The notes below the pieces were generated by a model. It saw only the letters and a list, made by a program, of their open reading frames with translations, was not told the DNA's origin and ran no database searches. 64,000 nucleotides of DNA, taken from Squalus acanthias. Its lineage: Eukaryota. Of the stretch, positions 52,365-63,506 are shown in pieces. The stretch covers positions 18,788,001 through 18,852,000 of the forward strand of contig CM059432.1 of NCBI GenBank assembly GCA_030390025.1, given 5' to 3'. The position numbers and the translations under genes were made by a program. Every line of letters starts with the position of its first letter. The first letter of the stretch is position 1.

Positions 52365-53062
52365 AAGGGACGAAACAGATTAGTTATCTGAAAAGCTCCA
52401 GCATGATTGTTCATTTTTTCAAAAATGGGAAAGGAACATTTTTGAATCGAAAGGCCCATTTAAAAAGAAGTGAATTTGTTCCTAAGACTTGAAGAGTGCC
52501 TGGTAATGATGCTGTTAGAAACTAATGATGCCTAAAAATGTATATGACTATGCGATTAAAACTGTGACGTGAAAAATGCTGTGTTTAAATGGTTATGTTC
52601 GAATTGCAGACGGAAAGTCTCCTCGGACCAGATAGATGCTTAGAAGTGCTAATATTTTGGTTTGCTACGGAGGTACAATCTCCCTGTTGCTAAGCGATTA
52701 TCTGTTGTTTTTAAGTTAAGACTTGAACCTTGTTTATGTATTTTCTGTATAATGCTAAGGTAGAATTTGAAGTTAGCTTAACAGGACTGCTTGCGAAGAT
52801 AACGGAAGGAAGTTTGGGGAAGTTAACGTAAACATTTGCTACGTCATAAAGGAGGTAACACTCTGAAGCGAACAGGTTTCTGGTTGGGCCTCATGAGATC
52901 AAAGAAGGATACAGACGGAAGAGAAAGAGAGAGAGAGAGCTTGAACTCACAGACAGGAGAGAGAGAGAGAAGGAGGCTCTAGACGAAAGGAAGAAGAGAA
53001 TTGCTCACGTGTTTCAACCGTCTGTCCGATCGGATCGGTATCAGCTTCTTGTCACGGTCGTA

Positions 53063-54192
53063 GGGAAAAAGCAGGTAATTACAGACCTGTAAGCCTTACA
53101 TCAGTTGTGGGCAAAATGCTGGAGTCCATCATTAAGGATGAAATAGCGGAGCACTTAGCAAATGGGGACAGGATAGGACAGAGTCAACATGGATTTACAA
53201 AGGGTAAATCGTGCTTGACTAATCTATTGGAATTTTTTGAGGGAGTAACTGGTAAAATAGATGGGGGAGAGCCAGTGGATGTGGTGTACCTGGACTTCCA
53301 AAAGGCCTTCGATAAGGTCCCACATAAAAGATTAGCAGGGAAAATTGAAGCTCATGGGATAAAGGGGAAAGTATTGACGTGGATAGAGAACTGGCTGTCA
53401 GATAGAAAACAGAGAGTTGGAATAAACGGCTCATTTTCTGAATGGCTGGCAGTAACAAGTGGGGTACCACAGGGATCTGTCCTGGGTCCCCAGCTGTTCA
53501 CAATTTACATTAATGACCTGGATCAGGGAGTCGGATGCAGCATTTCCAAATTTGCAGACGACACTAAACTAGGAGGAGGGGTGGGCTCAGAGGAGGAGAC
53601 CAGGAAGCTCCAGAGCGATTTGGACAGACTGGGTGATTGGGCGGATAAATGGCAGATGCACTATAATGTGGACAAGTGCGAAGTTATCCACCTTGGGTGC
53701 AGGAACGGGAGGGCAAATTATTATTTAAATGGCAATAAATTGGGAGAGGGGGAAGTACAGAGAGACCTGGGTGTTCTTGTACACCAGTCACTGAAGGCGA
53801 GCATGCAGGTGCAACAGGCGATCAAGAAGGCAAACGGTATGCTGGCCTTCATAGCAAAAGGGTTGGAATACAGGAACAGGGATACCTTGCTGCAGCTGTA
53901 CAGGGCACTGGTGAGACCACAGCTCGAGTACTGTGTACAGTTTTGGTCGCCTCATCTGAGGAAAGATGTTCTTGCCATGGAGGGGGTGCAGCGGCGATTC
54001 ACCAGGCTGATACCAGGAATGGCGGGATTGACCTATGAGGAGAGACTATGTAGTTTAGGGATGTACACACTGGAGTTTAGAAGATTGAGAGGGGACCTCA
54101 TAGAAGTGTATAAAATTCTGACAGGTCTAGACAGACTAGATGCAGAAGGAATGTTTCCCTTGGCGGGTGAGAACAGAACTAGAGGACATAAT
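53063..54192 (+). mobile_element. CR1 RT fragment (open ORF 53107..54210), truncated at both ends
   Basis: SQHGF, YLDFQKAFDKV, GVPQGSVLGP, FADDTKL; CR1 similarity stops after RTRGHN. Confidence 0.95.
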
Positions 54193-54259
54193 TTAGTTTT
54201 TGCTGTATAACTAATGTGTTATATTCCCTCTTAAACTCTGATTAAACACAATCCTGTCT

Positions 54260-54996
54260 TAAGGCGCAAAGGCCAAGGAGTGAGGCGCTAACTCAGAGCG
54301 CTGGCGAAGCTCATGTAATGTCAGTCAGCAATGGAACACACACACAATGGCACGGGCCAGTTCTTAAAGGGGATGGTTAATCTTGCTTTCCATCCACATC
54401 CTGTTCATTGCAGCCTTGAATCTCGGCCTGGAGAGACTTGCACATCAAATGTGCTGGAAAGAACAATGGAGAGTACCAGGCAAAGAGCTCAGAGTGCAGC
54501 TCCCACAGTCTCTGCTAAATCGATACAAGGAAGGGCAAATCAAAATGAACCTGCAAAGTGCTGCTCAGTACCCAAAACTCCTTCCCAAATGTTGAATCTC
54601 TCCAGAAGTCTCTCCCTCTCTCTCTCAGAATGCGTAGTTCAAAAATGCCACCAACAATAAAAGACAGGAAGTGGCCCCCTTTAAATAGCGCCCCCCCCAG
54701 CCCCACAGCGATTGATAGCGTTCCAGTCTTCTGGTCGTTGGATGCGCCAGGCAGTAAGGCAGGGGGCGCCACTCAATTTCTGCTCCGGGGCGCCACAAGG
54801 GCGTTGCACCATGGAATGACGTCACAATCTGTGCGCGCAGGTGGTCGCAGCGGTAAGTTTTAGCGCCGCCGCACAATCTCAAGTTAAGTTCTCGAGCGGC
54901 GCAAACATCGCTGCGCCCGGGCGTTAGCGGCTTTGTGCCCCATTAGCGCCCTCTTAAGGCGCTAACGGGAGGCGCAACCAACTGAATTTTTACCCC
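54260..54996. mobile_element. Harbinger non-autonomous derivative, right portion
   Basis: Terminus GCGCTAACGGGAGGCGCAA...GAATTTTTACCCC is shared with those at 15240, 23769 and 36917. Confidence 0.72.
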
Positions 54997-56086
54997 AATA
55001 TACCCATCATATTGGTTTGCACTCGAACCTGATTATTTAAAGTGACCTGAGATAGCCGTAACTTGGCTATTTCTAACAATGTATATGAAATACCAAAGGA
55101 AAAATATCCATATGAATGAATTGTTAATTAACCTTGCTCAGAAGGCGTCCAGCAGTATTATTTGGAATTACTTTTACAATAATTTTAACAACAATGCTTC
55201 TGCCATAAACTCTGCATCTGGGTGATACTCCACCGAGCTTTCCCAGCTCTCTAAGCTGTCAATCAAACAGTTCTATAGCACAGAACGGAGCTGAGATAGT
55301 ACACTATCAAAACTGGGCTTGAAAAACATTTATAAATATATATATTACTGTGTATTCAGAATAGACATGATTAAAATTGTTTCAAGCAATAAATGTTGAT
55401 CAGTCAATTGCTCGAATGATTCGGTTTGTGCTTGTCGTGACCATGTCAAAATAACATCTGTTTGCTGTTCCCTGCCATATTCTCCATCACAAAGACACTA
55501 ACATTTCTGTTCGCAGATCAATATTTTCCCTTACATAAAAATAAGATATCCAATCAAATGAAGAAATAACCAACCGCTATTAATGAGCATGGTCAGGATA
55601 AAGTGACCCCTTGTGACTTCTATAAGGCAGATTTGGAGATTCCGTCTGCAAACCTTGGCAGACAATGGTGTGTGGAGCGTTGAAAGCTGGCATAAAACCA
55701 AGAGCAGAGCTGAATCCTTTTAAATGAGGAAATCATGGCTAGAATAATGCACAGTGTGCGAGCAGTAAAGAATGTCTGAAACCCAAATCTAGAAGGGATG
55801 TAAGGCAACCTATTCCTTGTAGTTTAAATGAAACATATCAAAGTGAACCAATTTAGCAGGATGTACACAATGCATTAAAAAAAATCTTTTGTCTTCTATT
55901 TAACAAAGTTGTTAAACCCATTTACTTCAAATATTCCCATCCCTTTGTTAAAATAGCAAAGATCTGGAATATAAATGCATTAATAAATGGGTTATCACAT
56001 CCAGTAGCCACCAAGTGCTCATGCTGAATCACGGTCTGCACAATTAAATGAACATGCATCATGCAACTAGGTCTTATTGGAAAGGA

Positions 56087-56405
56087 CATAGGAACAAGAG
56101 TAGGCCATTCAGCCCCACGAACCTGTTCCTCCATTTTTTTTAGATCATGGTCAATCTGGACCGCAACTCCATTTACACGCCTTTGATCCATATCCCTTGA
56201 TACCCTTACCTAATAAATATGTATCAATCTCACTCTTGAAAATTTCAATTGACCCAGTATCCACAGCCTTTTGGGCAGAGAGTTTCAGATTTCCACTACC
56301 CTTTGTGTGATAATTGCTTCCTGATTTCACTCCTAAATGGACTAGCTCTAATTTTAAGATGGTGCCTCTTTCTTCTGAATTTCCCCACCAAATGAAATCG
56401 TTTCC
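56087..56405 (-). mobile_element. CR1 LINE 3' fragment
   Basis: CATAGGAACAAGAGTAGGCCATTCAGCCCC tail; similar to 4404-4770. Confidence 0.85.
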
Positions 56406-56877
56406 AGAGGAATCTTGCTTTGTGAGCTCAAATTTACAAATGTATGTGTGTCAATAGTTTTAGTTTGGTGCTAGACCGCTAGATGAGACCTACGACCGCT
56501 GGTGGCTGGGGAGGGACACCCGATTTCTTCGAAGGCCGAGGGTGCGGGAACTCCTGGTGTAAGGATTCTTTGCCCCAGCCTCCAGACTTCAGTCCTGCCC
56601 CTCTTATGATGATTGTTGAAGCTCTGGCCCCAACTTGAGTGCAAGGCTGGGACCCAGGGTATCTCAGTCCCATCGTAATTTCTGGTTGTTTTCCTACAAA
56701 ATGATGCGGGAGTAGACCAGAATGACAAAAGGTTTTTGAGGCATTATTCAAGCCTAAAGCAGTGAGGATTTGGGGTAAAATCTGGGTACCGGTAATAAAT
56801 TGGTTGAAAGTTAGGAAGAAACGGGTGCTTGTTAGAGGAATTATATTCGGGTAGAGATAAGTGCAGTTGGGGTGTTA

Positions 56878-57130
56878 ATGTTGGAATAGGGAGAAGCGTT
56901 GAGTAGAAGCCCATATTGCAGTGGGGGAAGGGCTGAGTCGAGTGTCCATGTTGTAATAGTAGGAAGCGTTGCGTGGGTGTGCATATTGGAAAGAGGAGAG
57001 TATTGAGCGTGAGCTCACATTGGAATTGGGGTAGTGCTGAGTGGGACGTTGATGTTGGAAAAGGAAGAAGTGCTGTTTAGGGTGTCTATGTTGGAATAAG
57101 GGGAAGTGTTGAGTGGGAGCCCATGTTGCA
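56878..57130. repeat. Degenerate ~35-bp minisatellite, about 7.5 units
   Basis: Units resemble ATGTTGGAATAAGGGGAAGTGTTGAGTGGGAGCCC. Confidence 0.8.
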
Positions 57131-57273
57131 ATGACACAGGGATGCATGTTTTAGTTTGGTATCATCAGCAAAGACCAAATAGTTTGCTATACTAAATGAT
57201 CCTAAATTATTCTCAGTAAAGCAGTACCAGCAGAAAGCCAATAAGGAAGGCAGAAGAGCTACTAAATAGTCAC

Positions 57274-57555
57274 GATAGCAAAATACTGCGGATGCTGGAA
57301 ATCCGAAATAACAACAGAAAATGCTGGAAAAACTCAGCAGGCCAGGCAACATCTGTGGAGAGAGAAACAGAGTTAACGTTTCAGGTCGAAAACCTTTAGT
57401 CAGAACTGGAAAAAAGCAGGAAATGAAATAGATTTAAAGCTTTCTGCTTTTTTCCAGTTCTGACGAAAGGTCTTCGACCTGAAACGTTAACTCTGTTTCT
57501 CTCTCCACGGATGCTGCCTGGCCTGCTGAGTTTTTCCAGCGTTTTCTGTTGTTAT
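57274..57555. mobile_element. Penelope-like insertion made of two inverted pLTR fragments (family B)
   Basis: 14-bp TSD TACTAAATAGTCAC (57260-57273, 57556-57569); inverted arms about 57307-57419 and 57444-57556. Confidence 0.88.
57456..57492 (+). ncRNA. Minimal type-I hammerhead ribozyme motif
   Basis: AGTT-CTGACGA-A-(AGGTC ttc GACCT)-GAAA-CGTT-AACT; palindromic AACGTT; the antisense copy at 57371-57407 has a mutated core (CTGACTA). Confidence 0.78.
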
Positions 57556-59501
57556 TACTAAATAGTCACTGCTGGAAGCATCCCTTTTCACCTGAAAGTT
57601 GTAGACTTTTTTGAATTGTCAGCAAAATCATCTCCCATCTATAATAAGAAAGATACTTCCCTTTCGTCAAGAGAATGGAAAAAACTCATTGAGAGGGTGT
57701 TTGCCTTCCAGCAATAACTGCAGTATAAATTCAATGTCTGGTTTATTTTTTTGAAGGGTTTTCTTCCACTGTACTGCCTCTTCAATTGACAGATATATCT
57801 TGTTGGTATGGTCTCTTTCGAGAAAATAGATTTTTGAGAGGAAAGTGCTGACTGTCACAGTATATTTGAATATTTGCCTGTTCTTGTTTTAAATAAGAAT
57901 TTTCCTCCTCTCCAGTGTCCCTTTTTTCTTGAAAATATGGACTGATACGGGGGCATGGTTCCATAGACGTCGGTCCCCTTCTAATAGCAAATAAAGTGGC
58001 TTGGACATGACAATGCCCTAAACTATGAGCGTTGGTGGACTATTTCCTCACGCAGCACATCACAGCTGAGCTGGATCCTGTCTTGTCCTCAGCCTTAAAC
58101 TTCTGGGTGATGTCCCTGCAAGACCTGGGGCCATCATCCACAATGCAGTGTCTGCCAACATCTCCCCATGCTTTGAGGAGCCTGGCTGGAGTGGGAGAAC
58201 GTGCCTCTACATTGAGGGATAGCTACCTCATCAGACTCTTCTCCTGCTCTGCCCATGGTGTTATGAACCCTAGCTGGAAGACCAGCAATCTACATGAGAG
58301 CAGTCTATAGGATGTCTGTAGGGTGAAGCCGATTGTCACTGTTCTTTCCAAATGATGTCCTAGTCTGTCAAATCCAGCAACCATGGACTCATGTGCCCAA
58401 CTTTTCAATGGCACTCGTCATTTGTGAGAGGATGTTGTTCTACACTAGTTCCTTCTCTTCCTGGGGATGGCTATGAAGATGCCACTTGCTGCACAGTGCT
58501 CTACCTTTGAATAAATCTATCCTGAAGAACTACAGTGATCTCGGAGGCGCACTCCTGCGCCTTCTCCATCTCTGCAGGCTCTTTATGGTGGACTCCAGAA
58601 ATGCCTTCTGCTCCATCATTAACCCCACCCTGGAATGCCAATCCCTTCCCCATATAGTTGTCAAACAGCAGGGGCTAGCAGTTTGAACCCTACCCTCCTA
58701 TACCTTAACTCCATAGATGTTTTACACCCCCTTTAAAGTGCTCCATTGGGAAGCCTTTTTAAAAAATGAAGAGCACTAGCATATTAAGTCATATCTTGTA
58801 GCTCTTCTCTCTAACATTAAGGATATTCTATATTACTCTCCTCCGCACTCGCTCTCGGGCTGGATCATCTCTTATGTTTTGGTGATCGAAAGTGTGCATC
58901 ATTCTCAAGGTGTGGCCTGGCCAGGGTCTTGTGCAGCTTCAGCACAACTTCTAGCGATTTGAACTCAACTGAGCAGCTTGAGATAACTCTCCAAATTGCT
59001 CTCCTTCCCTGAGAGGTAGTGTCTGGCCTGAACTTGCCTTCTCACCCTAAAGGTCCAGCCGAGATCAGTAACTCACAACTTGGGTAATCACAGGTATGTG
59101 CTAGTATTCTTTGTCACAGTGTACTGGGCCACCACAGTCCTGAACTAAGAATATTGGCCCAGAAATTCCTGGTTCCCAGTTTAGTGTAACTGGCAGTTTA
59201 TGCTGAAATTAATGCCAGTCTCCGCGCTGATCTTGCCGACGGAAACCTAATGGCAAAAATTTGTGAGAATCTCATTAGAATGTCCCGCAATATGTAAACC
59301 GATGTAGAACAATGAGCTCAGAAGTAATGGTGGGCTCAAGAAACATGGGAGCACTGTAAAAGGGTCAGAACAGATATCATTCCTCAGAGTGAAGCTTGGG
59401 AGTTGAATGTAAGTGAAACATGGTTTTCTTGAATCTCGTTTGATAAAAATGATGTTATACATTGCTTCCAGTAGCTCAGCAGCATTGCCATTTTCACAGA
59501 G

Positions 59502-61027
59502 ATGTCCACTGATGAGAATACAGCCAAGAAGAGCGCCAGTAGTTTATTGGAGAGAGATCTGCAAGCCCTCTTGGAGGAGTTTGAGCTGAGGAAGGGCAGT
59601 CTGCTCGGCAGCAGGACGATCAAGCCATCCTGTAAAGTTAGCCACAGTTTTCAGCTGATCAGAGAGAGCCAGCATGGATTGGTGAAAGGTAGTTCATGCC
59701 TGACAAACCTGATTGAATTTTTTGAAGAGGTGACAAAAGTAGTGGACAGGGGAATGTCTGTGGATGTTATTTGTATGGACTTCCAGAAGGCACTTGATAA
59801 AGTCTCACATAAGAGACTGTTATCTAAAGTAGAAGCCCACAGAATTGAGGGCAAATTATTGACCTGGTTAGGAAATTGGCTGAGCGGCAGGAGATAGAGA
59901 GTAGGGATAATGGGCAGATGCTCTAATTGGCAGGATGTGACTAGTGGTGTCCCACAGGGATCTGTGTCGGGGCCTCAACTATTCACAATATTTATTAACG
60001 ATTTAGATGATGGCATAGAAAGTCATATATCCAAATTTGCCGATGACACAAAGATAAGCGGCATTGTAGGCAGTGTAGATGAAAGCATATAATTACAAAG
60101 GGATATTGATAGATTAAGTGAATGGGCAAAACAGTGGCAAATGGATTTCACTGTAAGCAAATGTGAGGTCATCCACTTTGGACCTAAAACGGATAGAACA
60201 GGGTACTTTCTAAATGGTAAAAAGCTAAAAACAGTGGCTGTCCAAAGAGACTCGGGGGTTCAGGTACACAGATCATTAAAATGTCATAACAGGTACAGAA
60301 AATAATCAAAAAGGCTAATGGAATACAAGGGGGTAGAAGTTATGCTGCAGCTGTACAAACCCCTGGTTAGACCACATCTGGAGTACTGTGAGCAGTTCTG
60401 GGCACCACACCTTAGGAAGGATATATTGGTCTTGGAGGGAGTGCAGCGTAAGTTTATCAGAATGATACCCGGACTTCAAGAGTTAAGTTACGAGGAGAAA
60501 TTACACAAATTATGGTTGTGTTCCCTAGAATTTAGAAGCTCTGATCGAAGCTTTCAGGATATTAAGGGGAACAGATAGGGTAGATAGAAAGAAACTATTT
60601 CTGCTGGTTGGGGATTCTAGGACTAGGGGGCATAGTCTAAAAATTAGAGCCAGACTTTTCAGGAGTGAAATTAGGAAACACTTCTACACACAAACGGTGG
60701 TAGAAGTTTGGAACTCTCTTCTGCAACCAGCAATTGATACTAGATCAATTGTTAATTTTAAATCGGAGATTGATAGCTTTTTGTTAACCAAAGGTGTTAA
60801 AGGATATGTGCCAAAGGCGGGTATATGGAGTTAGATCGCAGATCAGCCATGATCACATTGAATGGCGGAACAGGCTCGAGGGGCTGAATGGCCTACTCCT
60901 GTGTTCCTATGTTCCTATGTCACAGTTCCTCAAGGGAGTGGCACTGGCTCTCAGTGCGAATTCTGTGATCCCATGGACCACTGAACAGTGTCCGAAGAAA
61001 TTCAATGACCTAACCAGAACTGGCAAG
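59502..61027 (+). pseudogene. Harbinger Myb/SANT exon 1 split by a CR1 insertion
   Basis: MSTDENTAKK...DLQALLEEFELRKGSLLG at 59502 continues as VALALSANSVIPWTTEQCPKKFNDLTRTGK with donor GTAAGA; CACAGTT is duplicated around the CR1. Confidence 0.7.
59650..60919 (+). mobile_element. 5'-truncated degraded CR1 LINE
   Basis: [32 protein letters not shown]; (GTTCCTAT)n tail. Confidence 0.93.
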
Positions 61028-61397
61028 GTAAGACACTCACCATGCTCTCATTTTCTTCTGGAGGACAGACTTGGACAAAATAAATGTTTTAATGTTCTCT
61101 GAACAAATCAGATGTTTAGCTGAAAAAGGCTCGACTTGGCATCGGGGGAAGCAAGTTGTCTTGAAGGATTAGGGTGGTGAGCGTCTGCTTGCTGAATCCA
61201 CCTCCTCCTTCTTACCTTCAGCGGTTGCTTTGCACTGTGCTATAACTTCATCACCAGTTTACTGTTAACTTTTTCTGTGTTGAGTGGCTGAGCCTGGACT
61301 GTTTGTTTTTGATGTGGAGATGCCGGCGTTGGACTGGGGTGGACAAAAATCAGAAGTCGCACAACACCAGGTTATAGTCCAACAGATTTATTTAATT

Positions 61398-61436
61398 TTA
61401 CAAGCTTTCGGAGCTGTTCGCTCCTTCTTCAGGTAA
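61398..61436 (-). ncRNA. Minimal type-I hammerhead ribozyme motif
   Basis: Exact reverse complement of 62074-62112. Confidence 0.78.
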
Positions 61437-61656
61437 GGTAGCTGTGAGAGAATCTCCCAGAATTCACAATATAAACACAGAAAAAATCTATTCAAATCTT
61501 TCCCTACATCAAAGACACACTAAGAGCACAGCCAAGACAATGAGATGTGTCCCAGGGGGTCCAACGTGTCAAAACACCTGCTGGCTGCATATCCTCTCCA
61601 TTTGTTGTGTTAGTCTTTTTAAAACAAAACCTGGAAAGACCGGCCATGATGTCAAG

Positions 61657-61827
61657 TCACGTTCTGTATCGTGACATGAACCCGATATCGCGATTGAGGC
61701 CATCCTCATGAGTGCGGAACTTGGCTATCAGTTTCTGCTCTATGATTTTGCGCTGTCGTGTATCCCGAAGGCCGCCTTGGAGAACGCTTACCCGCAGATC
61801 CGAGGCTGAATGCCCCTGACTGCTGAA
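61657..61827 (-). pseudogene. C-terminal 56 aa of a PLE GIY-YIG endonuclease
   Basis: My translation: FSSQGHSASDLRVSVLQGGLRDTRQRKIIEQKLIAKFRTHEDGLNRDIGFMSRYRT*, fitting the PLE pattern F...GH...DL.V..L...R...E...I...T...GLN. Confidence 0.85.
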
Positions 61828-62073
61828 GGTTCATGTCACGATACAGAACGTGACTTGACATCATGGCCGGTCTTTCCAGGTTTTGTTTTAAAAAGACTAA
61901 CACAACAAATGGAGAGGATATGCAGCCAGCAGGTGTTTTGACACGTTGGACCCCCTGGGACACATCTCATTGTCTTGGCTGTGCTCTTAGTGTGTCTTTG
62001 ATGTAGGGAAAGATTTGAATAGATTTTTTCTGTGTTTATATTGTGAATTCTGGGAGATTCTCTCACAGCTACC

Positions 62074-62112
62074 TTACCTGAAGAAGGAGCGAACAGCTCC
62101 GAAAGCTTGTAA
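62074..62112 (+). ncRNA. Minimal type-I hammerhead ribozyme motif
   Basis: TTAC-CTGAAGA-A-(GGAGC gaaca GCTCC)-GAAA-GCTT-GTAA. Confidence 0.8.
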
Positions 62113-62669
62113 AATTAAATAAATCTGTTGGACTATAACCTGGTGTTGTGCGACTTCTGATTTTTGTTTGTTTTTGGCCATTGCAGTACAGCGGCTCCTT
62201 TCGCTCTGTGACAGGTAAAGTGATGTTTGTTTTACTTGCAATTACTGTTTGATAATGCTGTTAGGGTGCTTTGATTCAGTGATGCAGTTCTCTTGGTGAA
62301 AGGGTGAACAAGGACTTAAACAGGGAAATGTTTTAAAGGTTGCTTTACAGTTTGACACTTAATTACCTGTGTACTGTGTCACTGATGCCGGCCTTTTCTA
62401 AATGGCTACATCTTTGTTAATGTTCACATTGAACTAATTTTCCGTAGTGAATGTTCATATATTGCACTGAATGTCTGAACTATGACAGTTCACCTGCTCT
62501 GTTGCTGCTCAGTCAGCTGTGTTTTCGGTTTGAAAGTTCACTTTGTTGATGCTCATTGCTAATTGATGCCCGTTTGTGTGACATTTGTTGAATAAAGCTT
62601 TAACTGTTTGTTACATTGTCTGGTCTGGCAGTCTGTGCAATCACAGTGCCACAGATAATGGTCCACATG

Positions 62670-63208
62670 CTCCTTACCTAAGAAAGGATATACTTGCTGC
62701 AGAGGGAGTGCAGCGAAGGTTCACCAGACTGATTCCTGGGATGGCAGGACTGTCGGATGAGGGGAGATTGGGTCGACTAGGCCTGTATTCACTAGAGTTT
62801 AGAAGAATGAGAGGGGGTCTCATTGAAACATATAAAATTCTGACAGGGCTAGACAGACTGGATGCAGGGAGGATGTTTCCCCTGGCTGGGGGGGTCTAGA
62901 ACGAGGGGTCACAGTCTCAGGATACAGGGGTAGGACATTTAGAACTGAGATGAGGAGAAATTTCATCACTCAGAGGGTGGTGAACCTGTGGAATTCTCTA
63001 CCACAGAAGGCTGTGGAGGCCAAGTCACTGAATATATTTAAGAAGGAGATAGATAGATTTCTAGACACAAAAGGCATCAAGAGGTATGGGGAGAGAGTGG
63101 GAATATGGTATTGAGATGGAGGATCAGCCATGATCATATTGAATGGCGGAGCAGGCTCGAAGGGCCGAATGGCCTACTCCTGCTCCTACTTTTCTATGTT
63201 GTTTCTAT
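62670..63208 (+). mobile_element. CR1 LINE 3' fragment
   Basis: [23 protein letters not shown] plus 3' UTR and tail. Confidence 0.93.
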
Positions 63209-63278
63209 GGTTGAGATGCCCTTGTTGTCAATTTGCTTTGCTTTAAGGAGGGGGAAGGGGTTCTGAAAGTAGGGGCAA

Positions 63279-63506
63279 TCAGCTGCTCAATACTTCTGTT
63301 AGGAATCGCCTTCTGGCTTCCCTGGCCTCTCTACGCATTGACTCCTCTGAGCGTTCATCACCCCTTGGCTCTGGGATGTGAAGGTCGAGACCCTTGGGTT
63401 CCAAGGGTTCCTCGGCCGCCATGTCCAGGCTGAGCTCCTCCCACAAGGCAAAATTGTGCAGTGGACAACAGGCCACAAGAATCCTTGCCACCCTTTGAAG
63501 GCGCAC
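63279..63506 (-). pseudogene. Harbinger transposase C-terminal fragment
   Basis: RVARILVACCPLHNFAL...AREARRRFL, matching the HARBI1-type CCxLHN motif. Confidence 0.75.

Larger units (their letters stand above)
61312..62164 (-). mobile_element. Penelope-like element (family A): inverted pLTR, GIY-YIG C-terminus, pLTR with tail
   Basis: 340-bp inverted arms 61343-61682 and 61828-62167; 12-bp TSD TGTTTGTTTTTG (61300-61311, 62165-62176). Confidence 0.92.

Noticed and set aside
52563..53062. Possible solo LTR starting TGTGACG
   Set aside because: No clear CA end, TSD or internal retroviral sequence could be established
56878..57130. CRISPR-like ~35-bp periodicity
   Set aside because: Head-to-tail degenerate units without unique spacers, no cas genes, and eukaryotic context
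61444..62066. Two identical 76-aa ORFs on opposite strands
   Set aside because: Consequence of the pLTR inverted repeat; no recognisable protein
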